Assembly: GCA_050633245.1 (NCBI GenBank)
Contig: JBOEGD010000001.1
Coordinates: 128,001-192,000 of the forward strand
Source of the DNA: Calditrichia bacterium
GTDB lineage: Bacteria; Calditrichota; Calditrichia; RBG-13-44-9; J075
DNA: 64,000 bases
Reading direction: 5' to 3'
Below the pieces are notes generated by a model. That model did not search any database and was not told the DNA's origin. It worked only from the letters and a program-made list of their open reading frames with translations. Below are positions 8,136 to 17,707 of this stretch, in pieces. How positions within the stretch are numbered: the first letter of the stretch is position 1; each line of letters starts with the position of its first letter. A program made the translations under genes and the position numbers.

Positions 8136-9005
8136 ATGTCTGACGTAATGAACATATTATCCTTCGATATCGAAGATTGGTTTCATCCTGAGATGTTCTC
8201 CGGGCGGTTTCCGCGCGAAGACTGGACAACTCTGGAGAGCCGGGTTCGCCGAGATACCGATATTATTCTGAACTTCCTGGCGAGAAAAAACGTCAAGGCT
8301 ACCTTTTTTTATTTAGGTTGGGTTGCCGAGAAGTTTCCCGAATTGGTTAAGGATACGGTTTCTGGTGGGCATGAAATTGCGTCACACAGTTATTCTCATT
8401 CGATGATCACAAATATGACACCGGAAGAATTTCGCAGTGACTTGCGACGTTCCCTCAGTGTGCTGAATGATTTATCTGATCATCCGGTGGTTGGGTTCCG
8501 GGCACCGACATTCTCGGTTACAAAAGATACCTTGTGGGCACTGCCGATTATGTTTGAAGAGGGAATCCGCTACGATTCATCCGTATTTCCTATTCATCAC
8601 GATCGCTACGGAATACCTGATGCGCCGCGTGAGCCGTTTGTTATCTATGAACGAGACGGTGAAGAACTGATTGAGTTTCCGATGACCACGGTTCGATATG
8701 GCTCATACAACCTTCCCTTTGGCGGTGGCGGATACTTTCGACTGTATCCATTTTGGATGTCGCTGAAGCTGGCAAAAAAATGCCAAAAGGATGGTCGTCC
8801 CGTAATGTTTTATGCACATCCGTGGGAGTTTGACACGGAACTTCCCGAGATTGAACTTGGAATGTTGTCGCGAATGCGACACTATAAGGGAATCCGCTCT
8901 TTCTTACAGCGACTCGATCGCATGACGGATTTGTTTCCCTTTACATCCTTTAAAGATGCCGCTTTACCGGTGAACCGGGAATTGACGGTTGCTTTGAACG
9001 GATAA
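8136..9005 (+). CDS. Polysaccharide deacetylase, XrtA/PEP-CTERM-locus type (DUF3473)
   Basis: SFDIEDWFH, HEIASHSYSH, GFRAPTFS, YDSS, GGGYFRLYP, FYAHPWEFD. Confidence 0.9.
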   Translation: MSDVMNILSFDIEDWFHPEMFSGRFPREDWTTLESRVRRDTDIILNFLARKNVKATFFYLGWVAEKFPELVKDTVSGGHEIASHSYSHSMITNMTPEEFRSDLRRSLSVLNDLSDHPVVGFRAPTFSVTKDTLWALPIMFEEGIRYDSSVFPIHHDRYGIPDAPREPFVIYERDGEELIEFPMTTVRYGSYNLPFGGGGYFRLYPFWMSLKLAKKCQKDGRPVMFYAHPWEFDTELPEIELGMLSRMRHYKGIRSFLQRLDRMTDLFPFTSFKDAALPVNRELTVALNG

Positions 9006-9206
9006 CAATGTAATTGAATTAATGGGTGAGTGCAGTTATATTGAAGCAATTGCTTCTCTTCTGTCCGCTCCTTTCTCGCAATATATGACTTTGCATGCTT
9101 TAGTGTTCTGCTTCTCAGTGAGAATTGTTTTTTCAGAACAAAACGGCACGGTATAAGGCAAACGGAATTATTGCCAAATTGACATAAACGAGACTGATGG
9201 AAAGCA

Positions 9207-10163
9207 ATGATCGAACAAGAAGGCATTAAGATTGAAACCAAGCTCGTCGAATCCCATCCGGGCGTAGTGATGGTAGAGACCAGCGGGTACGTCGATCAGG
9301 CAAATTGTCATTTACTTCAGAAGACTATCGACGATTCTCTTGCTGGCGGTACGTATAAGCTAATTTTTGATTTCAAAAATCTTGTCTATATGAGTAGCGC
9401 CGGCTGGGGGGTACTTATCGGAGAGATTAAGCGTTTCCGTGAGAGCGGTGGCGATATCAAATTGTGCAATATGGGGCCGGAGATTTATGAGATTTACCAG
9501 ATGCTGGAGTTCTATCATATTATCTCGGAATACCCCTCTGTAGAAGAGGCATTGAAAAGCTTTGGGGATTCGCTGGAAACGCAGCGAATGGAAGAGTCTA
9601 TCCCATTGCCGGCCAAGCCTGCTGAAGAGGCCGCTAAATCGGCGCCAAAGAAATCTGAAAAGGCTCCGGAAGAGACGCCTGCCAAGGCACCTGAAGTAGA
9701 AAAGAAGGCACAGCCACCTGCTGTGGAGAGTAAGCCGGAATCTGCTCCTCAGACCACTATGCCTGCCCCGATTCCAAAAGAGGAGCCATCGCGGGCACCG
9801 CAAGTTCCAGCTGAGGATAGAAATATTGTATTCGAAAAAGAAATAGATGTAGATATAGATAATATTTTGCTGGATGAAGGAATTGGAACTTCTGCACCGC
9901 AAATGAATGCCGGTGGAAGTTACGTGACATTTAACCCAACTAAATATGATCGTCAATCAAATATTAAGGTAATGCCGATACCGGATAAAATCAGAGCTAT
10001 TGTTGCCGCTAATCCTGAGTTCTCACCGTGGAAGATCAAAAAAGCACTGAAAGACCCGGAATATGGAAGTATAAAAGTCGGCTACTTTAAACTTAGATCG
10101 CTTCTCAAGGACCTAGAGTTGGATACCAAGGAAAAACGCTTCCGGTATTATCGGTCTGCCTAA
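9207..10163 (+). CDS. STAS anti-sigma-factor antagonist with Pro/Ala/Lys/Glu linker and C-terminal HTH-like domain
   Basis: STAS motif YMSSAGWG..I; low-complexity linker; basic helical C-terminal ~60 aa. Confidence 0.8.
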   Translation: MIEQEGIKIETKLVESHPGVVMVETSGYVDQANCHLLQKTIDDSLAGGTYKLIFDFKNLVYMSSAGWGVLIGEIKRFRESGGDIKLCNMGPEIYEIYQMLEFYHIISEYPSVEEALKSFGDSLETQRMEESIPLPAKPAEEAAKSAPKKSEKAPEETPAKAPEVEKKAQPPAVESKPESAPQTTMPAPIPKEEPSRAPQVPAEDRNIVFEKEIDVDIDNILLDEGIGTSAPQMNAGGSYVTFNPTKYDRQSNIKVMPIPDKIRAIVAANPEFSPWKIKKALKDPEYGSIKVGYFKLRSLLKDLELDTKEKRFRYYRSA

Positions 10164-10187
10164 TCCTAATAACATTTGGAGGTAACG

Positions 10188-10910
10188 GTGAGCAGTACTC
10201 GTAAAATCAATTTTAAGGCTCTGGCGCTAGCCATGATGCTGGTATCAACATTGTCGTTTGCCGTTGACGGCACGGATACGCCCAATAACTCAAGCGAAAA
10301 CGAAACCACTCAGCAACAAGGACGCACAACAGGTAGTGTCTTTATGCCCGGTGACGCACTTCAGGTTTCTGCTTTTCCAGACACTGCTTCATTTATTAAT
10401 GGTGTCTTTTCCATTGATGATCGCGGATATATTGACCTCCCGATCTATGGTAAGGTGCGTATTAGCCAGATGTCGCAAGCAGATTTGGAACGCTTCCTAA
10501 ACGAAAAGTTTAAGGATTATTTACGCTATCCAACGCTGAAGGTAAAACCACTTATTCGCATTAGCGTGTTGGGTGGCGTTGCCAATCCGGGGCTGTTTCA
10601 CATTGATCCCGATAATTCTATCTGGGATGCTATGAAGCTTGCCGGCGGACCAACAGATGAAGATGGTTTGAAGCAGATGCACTGGAAACGCAATAAGGAA
10701 AAGGTCGTCGATAATCTGGTTCCAATTTACCAGGACGGTTCTTCTCTTCGCACAATAGGCTTTAAGTCCGGCGATCAGATTTGGGTTCGTACACCTAATA
10801 AACCAGGCTTTTTTGACAAGACCAGAGATTTCCTTGGTCTGATAACAGCTAGCGCATCAGTTGTAGCACTGATTTTTACTTATCAACGCCTTGCGACAGA
10901 TAGACGATAG
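10188..10910 (+). CDS. wza: Polysaccharide export protein (Wza-like; Poly_export + SLBB)
   Basis: PGDALQV, G.IDLP.YG, VLGGVANPG, AGG, GDQIWV. GTG 10188 follows GGAGG; adjacent to wzc. Confidence 0.8.
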   Translation: MSSTRKINFKALALAMMLVSTLSFAVDGTDTPNNSSENETTQQQGRTTGSVFMPGDALQVSAFPDTASFINGVFSIDDRGYIDLPIYGKVRISQMSQADLERFLNEKFKDYLRYPTLKVKPLIRISVLGGVANPGLFHIDPDNSIWDAMKLAGGPTDEDGLKQMHWKRNKEKVVDNLVPIYQDGSSLRTIGFKSGDQIWVRTPNKPGFFDKTRDFLGLITASASVVALIFTYQRLATDRR

Positions 10911-10958
10911 ATCTGAAAGGCTGTTTAAAGAACACGATTTAACCAGAGTAGGTTTAAT

Positions 10959-13316
10959 ATGAATACGTATGCCAATGGCCAGTCTCCCGGTCCCGGTGGA
11001 TTTGTGGATTCTGAAAATGAAATGAAGAAATATTTGCGCATCTTAAAGAAGCGCAAGTGGATGATTATGCTGGTAACCGCTCTGGTTTTCCTGGGGTGGC
11101 TTGGCTTTGTAATCATGTATCAAAGCAAACCTGTTTATTTGTCCTCCGCATTTCTGCGTTTTGAGGGACAAGATCAAGTTGGTGGACTGGAGCGCGGTCG
11201 CGAAGACTCTGATAGTCGAACGGCGATTCTCCGTACCAATACGCTTTTAGGCAAGGTTGTCGATGAACTGCACTTGAATCTGTCTATCGTTACAGATGAC
11301 GTTTCGAGAAAGGATCTCTTCGAGTTTATCGACCTTACCCCGGAAAGCGTGTTTGGCTACTACCGTATCGATCAGGCCGCAAATGGCTATGAACTGCGCT
11401 TTTCAGAGCAAGATGAGTCTGTGGCTAATGGAGACCTACTTACCAACTTTGCTTTGTCTGATACCCTCTGGATTAACGATATGGGTTTTCGTTTCAATGC
11501 AGGCTATGTTGGCACATTCGAGAATTGGGATGACGGAATGGTCTTCCGGGTTATCCACTCGGAAAGAGCCATTGGCTATTTAAGCAATCGTATAAGAACG
11601 CGTTGGGTTGATCGTAAAGCAAAGAAGAATCTTGAATTAAGTGTGTCACACCCTTCCCCATGGATGGCAGCTAAAACCGCCAACAGCGTTGCTGAACACT
11701 TTGTGCAGCTGGATTCAGATATCAAGAACCGCAAGAGTATCGAAGCTCAAAAAAACCTGGAAGAGCAGCTGGTTCTGGCACGAACGGATCTGGAAGGCGC
11801 CAACCAAAAGCTACAGGAATTTCAGGAACGAAATCCCGGTGTTGGGCAGCCGGCTGGTCTTGCAACAATTGGTGGACTGCAGGCAAGCCAAACCGATATC
11901 GACTTTAAGCTGAATGATTTGAACACCATGATTTCCCGTCTAAGCAGCACGCCTAGTATGGACGGTAAAATCACTGAAACACGCCAGCTATTGCAACAGC
12001 TAATGTCTGAAGGCGTTCCTGCCGCCGCAGCTTTTCAGCAGGAATTTGAAACATTAATGGCTGAGCGGACGCAATTGCTGGGCAACTATTCACCTACGAG
12101 TAGCTTTGTGACGGAAAACTCTACGAAGATTAATGCGATGATTCCGAAAGTTGCCGCTGCGGCACGAGAAACGGCAAGTAAGCTGGCTTCACGTCGTTCA
12201 GGCATTCGTAGTCAGATCTCGAGAGAGCGCTATCGTCAGGGAAGCCTGCCACGAAAACAGCGTGAACTCAGCGAGCTTTCGATTGTTCAGCAATCGAAAA
12301 AAGAACTCTACGAAACAATTCTTCGTCGCTACAACCAGGCTAAGATCAAGCGTGAGGTAGAGGTCGGAGACGTGTTTATTTTGGATCGTGCTACGGTTCC
12401 GCCATTACAGGGCCGCTTGAAGCTGATTGTAACAAAGTCGCTTCTCGGAATTATTTTAGGTCTCGGACTTGGTGTTGGTCTATCAATTATACTTGAATTC
12501 TTTGACAAAACGGTTCAGAGCTCCGAAGACCTTGCTTCTCGCTTAAAGCTGCCGGTTCTCGGAACCATTCCGGTTATTGAAAATGATGATGAGGTGCCGG
12601 AGAATATCCGCGACATAAAGGGTAAACGGGATACCAAGCTGATTACATTGGACTATTCCCCAACCCTCGAGTCGGAGTCTTATCGTGATCTGCGAACCAA
12701 GATTTTGTTCGCAAACAACCGAGAAACGCCGCTTTCCTCGTTCCTGATTACGAGCTTACGTCCGGGTGAAGGGAAGTCTTTAACCTCGTCGAACCTGGCT
12801 ATTACCTTCGCGCAGCAGAAAATTTCTACGCTTATTATCGATGCGGACTTGCGTCGTGGCGTTCTTCACAATGTTTATGGAAATAAGAAGAAGCCGGGCT
12901 TAAGTGATTTTCTCATCTCAAAGGCAACGGTTGACTACGATAATGTCAACAAGCTGGTTCAGAAGACGATTATTCCGAATCTGTATCTGATCTCAACCGG
13001 CTCACCGATTCCCAACCCCACTGAAATGCTGGGCTCGGAACGAATGACGAATTTGCTTAAGGTTCTAAAATCGCGTTTTGGTATGGTTATTCTGGATACG
13101 GCACCATTTGAGGCCAGTTCGGATGCACCGATCCTTTCTACTCACGTAGATGGCGCTCTAATCGTTGTGCGTGCCGACTATACCAATGTGGACAATTTGA
13201 GTCATAAAATTAATGAGTATCCGAATATTCATCGTAAGATTCTCGGACTGGTATTGAACGCCGTAAAGGCCGATATGAACAAAAATCGATATCAATACTC
13301 ATATTACAATTATTAA
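10959..13316 (+). CDS. wzc: Polysaccharide co-polymerase / BY tyrosine autokinase
   Basis: Two TM segments around a coiled coil; Walker A PGEGKS, DADLRR, ILDTAP; C-terminal Tyr cluster YQYSYYNY. Confidence 0.93.
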   Translation: MNTYANGQSPGPGGFVDSENEMKKYLRILKKRKWMIMLVTALVFLGWLGFVIMYQSKPVYLSSAFLRFEGQDQVGGLERGREDSDSRTAILRTNTLLGKVVDELHLNLSIVTDDVSRKDLFEFIDLTPESVFGYYRIDQAANGYELRFSEQDESVANGDLLTNFALSDTLWINDMGFRFNAGYVGTFENWDDGMVFRVIHSERAIGYLSNRIRTRWVDRKAKKNLELSVSHPSPWMAAKTANSVAEHFVQLDSDIKNRKSIEAQKNLEEQLVLARTDLEGANQKLQEFQERNPGVGQPAGLATIGGLQASQTDIDFKLNDLNTMISRLSSTPSMDGKITETRQLLQQLMSEGVPAAAAFQQEFETLMAERTQLLGNYSPTSSFVTENSTKINAMIPKVAAAARETASKLASRRSGIRSQISRERYRQGSLPRKQRELSELSIVQQSKKELYETILRRYNQAKIKREVEVGDVFILDRATVPPLQGRLKLIVTKSLLGIILGLGLGVGLSIILEFFDKTVQSSEDLASRLKLPVLGTIPVIENDDEVPENIRDIKGKRDTKLITLDYSPTLESESYRDLRTKILFANNRETPLSSFLITSLRPGEGKSLTSSNLAITFAQQKISTLIIDADLRRGVLHNVYGNKKKPGLSDFLISKATVDYDNVNKLVQKTIIPNLYLISTGSPIPNPTEMLGSERMTNLLKVLKSRFGMVILDTAPFEASSDAPILSTHVDGALIVVRADYTNVDNLSHKINEYPNIHRKILGLVLNAVKADMNKNRYQYSYYNY

Positions 13317-13349
13317 TACCGATTTTATTCTTTGAATTGGAAGTATTTT

Positions 13350-13384
13350 ATGAGGGTCTTTTTTCACTGAAAAAAGACCCTCAT
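13350..13384 (+). terminator. Strong hairpin downstream of wzc
   Basis: ATGAGGGTCTTTTTTC-ACT-GAAAAAAGACCCTCAT, 16-bp stem. Confidence 0.65.
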
Positions 13385-13580
13385 TTACAACGGGAGGCGT
13401 ATTTTGAAAATCGCTGATTCGCCAAACGTTAGGTATCTCACGCCCGGATTTTCTCTCTCGTTCTATCGTTATTTGCAAGCTGCAACGGCTGGCGCCGCCA
13501 TGATGGTGCACGCGCTATTGGATTCGTTGCGGAGCAGGGGAATCCGCAAAAATGACAATTAAAAGCAACAGGGATGATAT

Positions 13581-14642
13581 ATGGAAGCCGTTGAAAAAAT
13601 TGATGTTGGTACGCTAACCGTAGAATGTTTCGATTCCGCGCCGACCGGTTGGGATAATTACGTTTCTGAACATCCGAAGAGCAAGATCTATCATCAAAGT
13701 AAGTGGAATGAGATGATAGAAAAGACCTTTGGGCACAAGACGGCGTATTACGTTTTGAAGCGTGATAACGCAATTTGTGGTGTCCTGCCTTTGGTTCGCT
13801 TTAAGTCGTTCCTGTTCGGCAAATTTGCCGTATCGCTGCCATTTATAAATTATGGCGGCCCTCTTTTATCTAATTCTGATGATGCTCCTGCACTGGTCTC
13901 TGCGCTGAAAAGCTTTCGTGAAGACTACGACATGAAGTTTGTTGAGCTGCGCCTCGATGAAGAGATGCCCCTGGAGCTGCCGTGTAAGCAGCACAAGGTC
14001 ACATTCTTTCTGGATTTACCGGCAGATGAAGAAGCGTTAATGGCTGGTTTTAAAGCAAAGCTTCGCAGTCAGATTCGACGCCCCGGAAAAGCTGAAATGT
14101 ATGCAAAATCGGGTGGCGAAGATTTACTCGACGACTTTTATCATGTGTTTACCGTAAATATGCGCGACCTTGGAACCCCGCCGTTGCCAAAGGCATTTTT
14201 TCGGAATATCCTTCAAACCTTTCCAGACAATGCATCCATTTCAGCGGTATACTCGAAAGAAGATCAAATCGCTGCAGCCAGCTTTTTGATCGGCTTTCGC
14301 GATACGATGGAAATTCCATGGGCTTCTGCACTGCGCGATTTCAACAAGTTTAGCCCGAATATGTTGCTATATTGGGAATCGCTTCGCTATTCTGTCGAAA
14401 AAGGCTACAAGCGTTTTGATTACGGTCGCTGCACACCCGATACCGGAACCTATAAGTTTAAGAAGCAGTGGGGCGCTGTCGAGAGTCCACTGTTTTGGTA
14501 CTACGTTATGCCGGCTGGTGAAGAAATGCCTGAGATGAACCACAGCAATTCAAAATTTGACATGGTAATCAAGACCTGGCAGAAACTACCGCTCGGTCTT
14601 ACAAAGATTTTGGGCCCAAAAATCATTAAGCATATTCCGTAA
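13581..14642 (+). CDS. FemAB-family (GNAT) XrtA/PEP-CTERM-associated protein
   Basis: GVLPLV, SLPFINYGG, KLRSQIR, NMRDLGTP, PNMLLYW, FDYGR, FKKQWG. Confidence 0.9.
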   Translation: MEAVEKIDVGTLTVECFDSAPTGWDNYVSEHPKSKIYHQSKWNEMIEKTFGHKTAYYVLKRDNAICGVLPLVRFKSFLFGKFAVSLPFINYGGPLLSNSDDAPALVSALKSFREDYDMKFVELRLDEEMPLELPCKQHKVTFFLDLPADEEALMAGFKAKLRSQIRRPGKAEMYAKSGGEDLLDDFYHVFTVNMRDLGTPPLPKAFFRNILQTFPDNASISAVYSKEDQIAAASFLIGFRDTMEIPWASALRDFNKFSPNMLLYWESLRYSVEKGYKRFDYGRCTPDTGTYKFKKQWGAVESPLFWYYVMPAGEEMPEMNHSNSKFDMVIKTWQKLPLGLTKILGPKIIKHIP

Positions 14643-14759
14643 AGAGCGGCATTACGTTTTTTGCACAGATGTGACGGGCTGTACGGGCTGCATCGTGCAG
14701 AAAGGTTACATTTAAGTCGAAATAACCACATTATTAGCGATAGATAACGGGTAGTATAT

Positions 14760-16121
14760 ATGGGTTTACAAACAATGTTTTTTCTGGCGATTTACTTTGC
14801 CGGATTAATTGCCACATTTTATCGTCCGATCTTCGGTGTTTATACCTATATATTTCACTGGCATAATCACCCGCCATACTACTGGTGGGGAAGCGATCTA
14901 CCCGATCTGCGCTGGTCCATGCTTATCGCCGTTGCGACCATGATCAGCTTCTTGATACATCGAGAGAAGATGACATATCGACATAATCCAACAATACCAA
15001 CGATGCCCTATCTAATTCTCTTTGCGGCAAATGCCGTTTTTGTCAGCTATTTCTTTGCTATTCTACCAGACGATAGTATGGAGAAGGCCGTTGAGTTGGT
15101 GAAAATGTGCGTTATGTATGCGCTTATCATTTCTATTGTTCGAACGAAAGAAGATTATGAACACCTGATTATGGTGATCGTTTTCTGTGTGGCTAAGATG
15201 GGATTTACCGCGTGGGAAGTAGGCGGTAACCGTGATATTGGCGTGCTTGCTCCGAACGCGACTGAGGAAAATGCTATTTCTGCACATGTTGCTTCGCTCA
15301 TGCCTTTCTTTATGGTTAAGTTTGTTCGCGGTAACCGCTGGCAAAAACTTGCTGTAGCAGCCGCTATTCCATTTTGTCTTAACCTGTTGATTCTGGCGAA
15401 CAGTCGAGCTGCAATTGTTGGTTTACTCGCAATTGGTGCGCTCTCGGTCATATTGTTTAAGGGGAAAGCCCGTTTTGGTATCATTGCTACCGGTATATTA
15501 ATGTCTTTGCTGTTTACCCAGTTGACAAATGAATCGTTTACGGAACGACAAAATACTGATGTCTCTGATAACTCGGCACAGAGTCGTCTTTATATCTGGG
15601 CTGGTGGTTGGGAAATGCTGAAGGATTACCCTATGGGAGTAGGCGGAGCCGGATTTGTTTATCTTTCGTTGGAATATTGCGAGAATCTGAAAGGGCCAAA
15701 ATCTCAACACAATACATTCGTAGCGGTCATTACCGACTGGGGGTGGTTGGGCATGGTCTTTTATTTGACCTTTTTGATTGTCAGTTATAAAATAACGATG
15801 CAGGTGAAATGGCGGGGTAAATTCCATCCCGCTCTTGAACGATACCGGTTGGATTCAACCGCCGTGCAGCTTGCATTGGTCGGGTTTGCCGGCGCAGGAC
15901 TGTTTCACAGTCGGCAATATGCGGAAGCCGTATACTGGGTAAGTGCGTTTGGAATCATGCAGTTCAATACGCAGAAAACGGAAATCCACTATCTCGAAAA
16001 TGGTTTGGATCCTTTCACCGGGCTGCCACCCGAGAAGGAAATCCATCCGGTTTCAGACGAAACGGTTCTGCATAATGGCGCAGCAGCGAATGTGCCTGCA
16101 CAAAGAGACAATCAGGGATAA
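14760..16121 (+). CDS. O-antigen ligase / Wzy-like membrane protein
   Basis: About 12 TM segments; SRAA.VG, SR..IW..GW.M.KDYP.GVG, HNTF. Confidence 0.8.
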   Translation: MGLQTMFFLAIYFAGLIATFYRPIFGVYTYIFHWHNHPPYYWWGSDLPDLRWSMLIAVATMISFLIHREKMTYRHNPTIPTMPYLILFAANAVFVSYFFAILPDDSMEKAVELVKMCVMYALIISIVRTKEDYEHLIMVIVFCVAKMGFTAWEVGGNRDIGVLAPNATEENAISAHVASLMPFFMVKFVRGNRWQKLAVAAAIPFCLNLLILANSRAAIVGLLAIGALSVILFKGKARFGIIATGILMSLLFTQLTNESFTERQNTDVSDNSAQSRLYIWAGGWEMLKDYPMGVGGAGFVYLSLEYCENLKGPKSQHNTFVAVITDWGWLGMVFYLTFLIVSYKITMQVKWRGKFHPALERYRLDSTAVQLALVGFAGAGLFHSRQYAEAVYWVSAFGIMQFNTQKTEIHYLENGLDPFTGLPPEKEIHPVSDETVLHNGAAANVPAQRDNQG

Positions 16122-16248
16122 TCTGAGTTTAGCTCTCCGAATTTACTTTAACTTTTTAGCCTTCCCCTGTCGAGTACGTTATCAGTAAATGGCTCTCAGG
16201 GGATAACTATGGCAACTATAATGTTGTCTTAGCGCCGAAATCCATACA

Positions 16249-17643
16249 ATGGGATTGCAAATGAAACGCTTATTAATGATTACTACGAACTATCCGCCCT
16301 CTGCTTCAATCGGAACACAGCGTGTCCTGCGGATTTGCAAATATCTGGACCCGAAAACCTGGGATATTTCTATCCTGACATTAAAAGAAAAGTATTACCC
16401 TGGCGACGGCACGGTTAGCACCGAAGGTCGTGAATTCTTGAACCGCCTCACGGTCTATCGCACCGGGAAGATGGATCTGGTTTTTTTTCTGATTAATCTG
16501 CGAGATAAACTGCGTGGAAAAACGAAAAACAGTTCTGGTGGAGCTGCAAAGCCTAAAGTGCACAACCGGGCGCAGCAGAATCTAAAAGAGGGAAAAAAAA
16601 TTGGCCTCTGGCAGCGCATGAAAGACATTTTTACCGACCTGATGCAGTTCCCCGATAAGAATATGAACTGGTTTCCTCTCGCCGTTTGGCGAGGCTGGAG
16701 GGTTATTCGCAAGCAGAAGATCGATGTTATTTATTCCAGTTCGCCACCACATTCGCTGCACGTTATTTCGGCAACGCTCAAAATGATCACTGGTAAAAAG
16801 CTGGTAGTAGATTTTCGCGATCCCTGGGCACGTTCTCCCTGGCACGATGAAGAGCGCGATTTGAATGGTTTCGAAAAGTGGAAGCACAACCGAATAATCG
16901 GGTTGGAGCGCTGGGTGGTAAAAAAGGCCGATGAGGTCATACTTATTACCAAAGAGATGTGTGACGATTATGTCGCTCACTATCCGGAAATGGATGCCGG
17001 CAAATTTAAGCTTTTCTACAATGGCTACGACCCGGAAAATGTCGAGCTAATGGCTCCGGACGTAAAGCTAAACGGCAATGGAAAGTCTGAAGATGCTCCG
17101 GTTACCTTTTTACATGCCGGTTCACTTTATCGCTATCGCAATCCGATGCCGATTCTTCAAGCTGTAAAAAACTTATTGAACCGCGGAGAAATCGACCGCG
17201 ACAAAATTCGCTTTCATTTCATTGGTGGAATTACCTCAGACCAGATTCATATAAAAGACTGGGTTGTGGAGCAGGAAATTGATGACATTGTAAAATTTGT
17301 TCCACCGGTAAGCTATAAAGAAGCTATTGCGCATATGGCCAAAAGTGAAGTGCTTATTATCCTGCAACCGGTAACCAAACTACAGCTGCCCGGAAAATTC
17401 TACGATTACCTCTGTTTGCAGAAACCGATATTGGCTGTTGGTGAAACGGGTGGCGCTACGAACACGGCGGTGGGTGAGCGCTTTGGAAAGTTTGTAGATT
17501 ACAATAGAGTCGGAGAAATTGAAGAAGGAATCCGCCTCTTGTATACGAATCCCCATCACTATGATAATTCGATTTCTGAACATCGTGGGGAGTTTGATAT
17601 GTCGAACGCCATTGCGCACTTTGACAATATTATTAGCAATTAA
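16249..17643 (+). CDS. Glycosyltransferase family 4
   Basis: YPPSASIG.QR, SSPPHS, DFRDPW, NGYD, PGKFYDY. Confidence 0.88.
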   Translation: MGLQMKRLLMITTNYPPSASIGTQRVLRICKYLDPKTWDISILTLKEKYYPGDGTVSTEGREFLNRLTVYRTGKMDLVFFLINLRDKLRGKTKNSSGGAAKPKVHNRAQQNLKEGKKIGLWQRMKDIFTDLMQFPDKNMNWFPLAVWRGWRVIRKQKIDVIYSSSPPHSLHVISATLKMITGKKLVVDFRDPWARSPWHDEERDLNGFEKWKHNRIIGLERWVVKKADEVILITKEMCDDYVAHYPEMDAGKFKLFYNGYDPENVELMAPDVKLNGNGKSEDAPVTFLHAGSLYRYRNPMPILQAVKNLLNRGEIDRDKIRFHFIGGITSDQIHIKDWVVEQEIDDIVKFVPPVSYKEAIAHMAKSEVLIILQPVTKLQLPGKFYDYLCLQKPILAVGETGGATNTAVGERFGKFVDYNRVGEIEEGIRLLYTNPHHYDNSISEHRGEFDMSNAIAHFDNIISN

Positions 17644-17707
17644 TGGTAAGACTGTTTGAGGAATCTTATTTGGGAGAACGCTGTTTGCGACGATGGCGTG
17701 AAATGTT

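Noticed and set aside
9144-9160. Sigma-54 promoter upstream of the STAS gene (CGGCACG...GGCA)
   Set aside because: GG-to-GC spacing is 11 instead of the required 10, and TTGC is absent.
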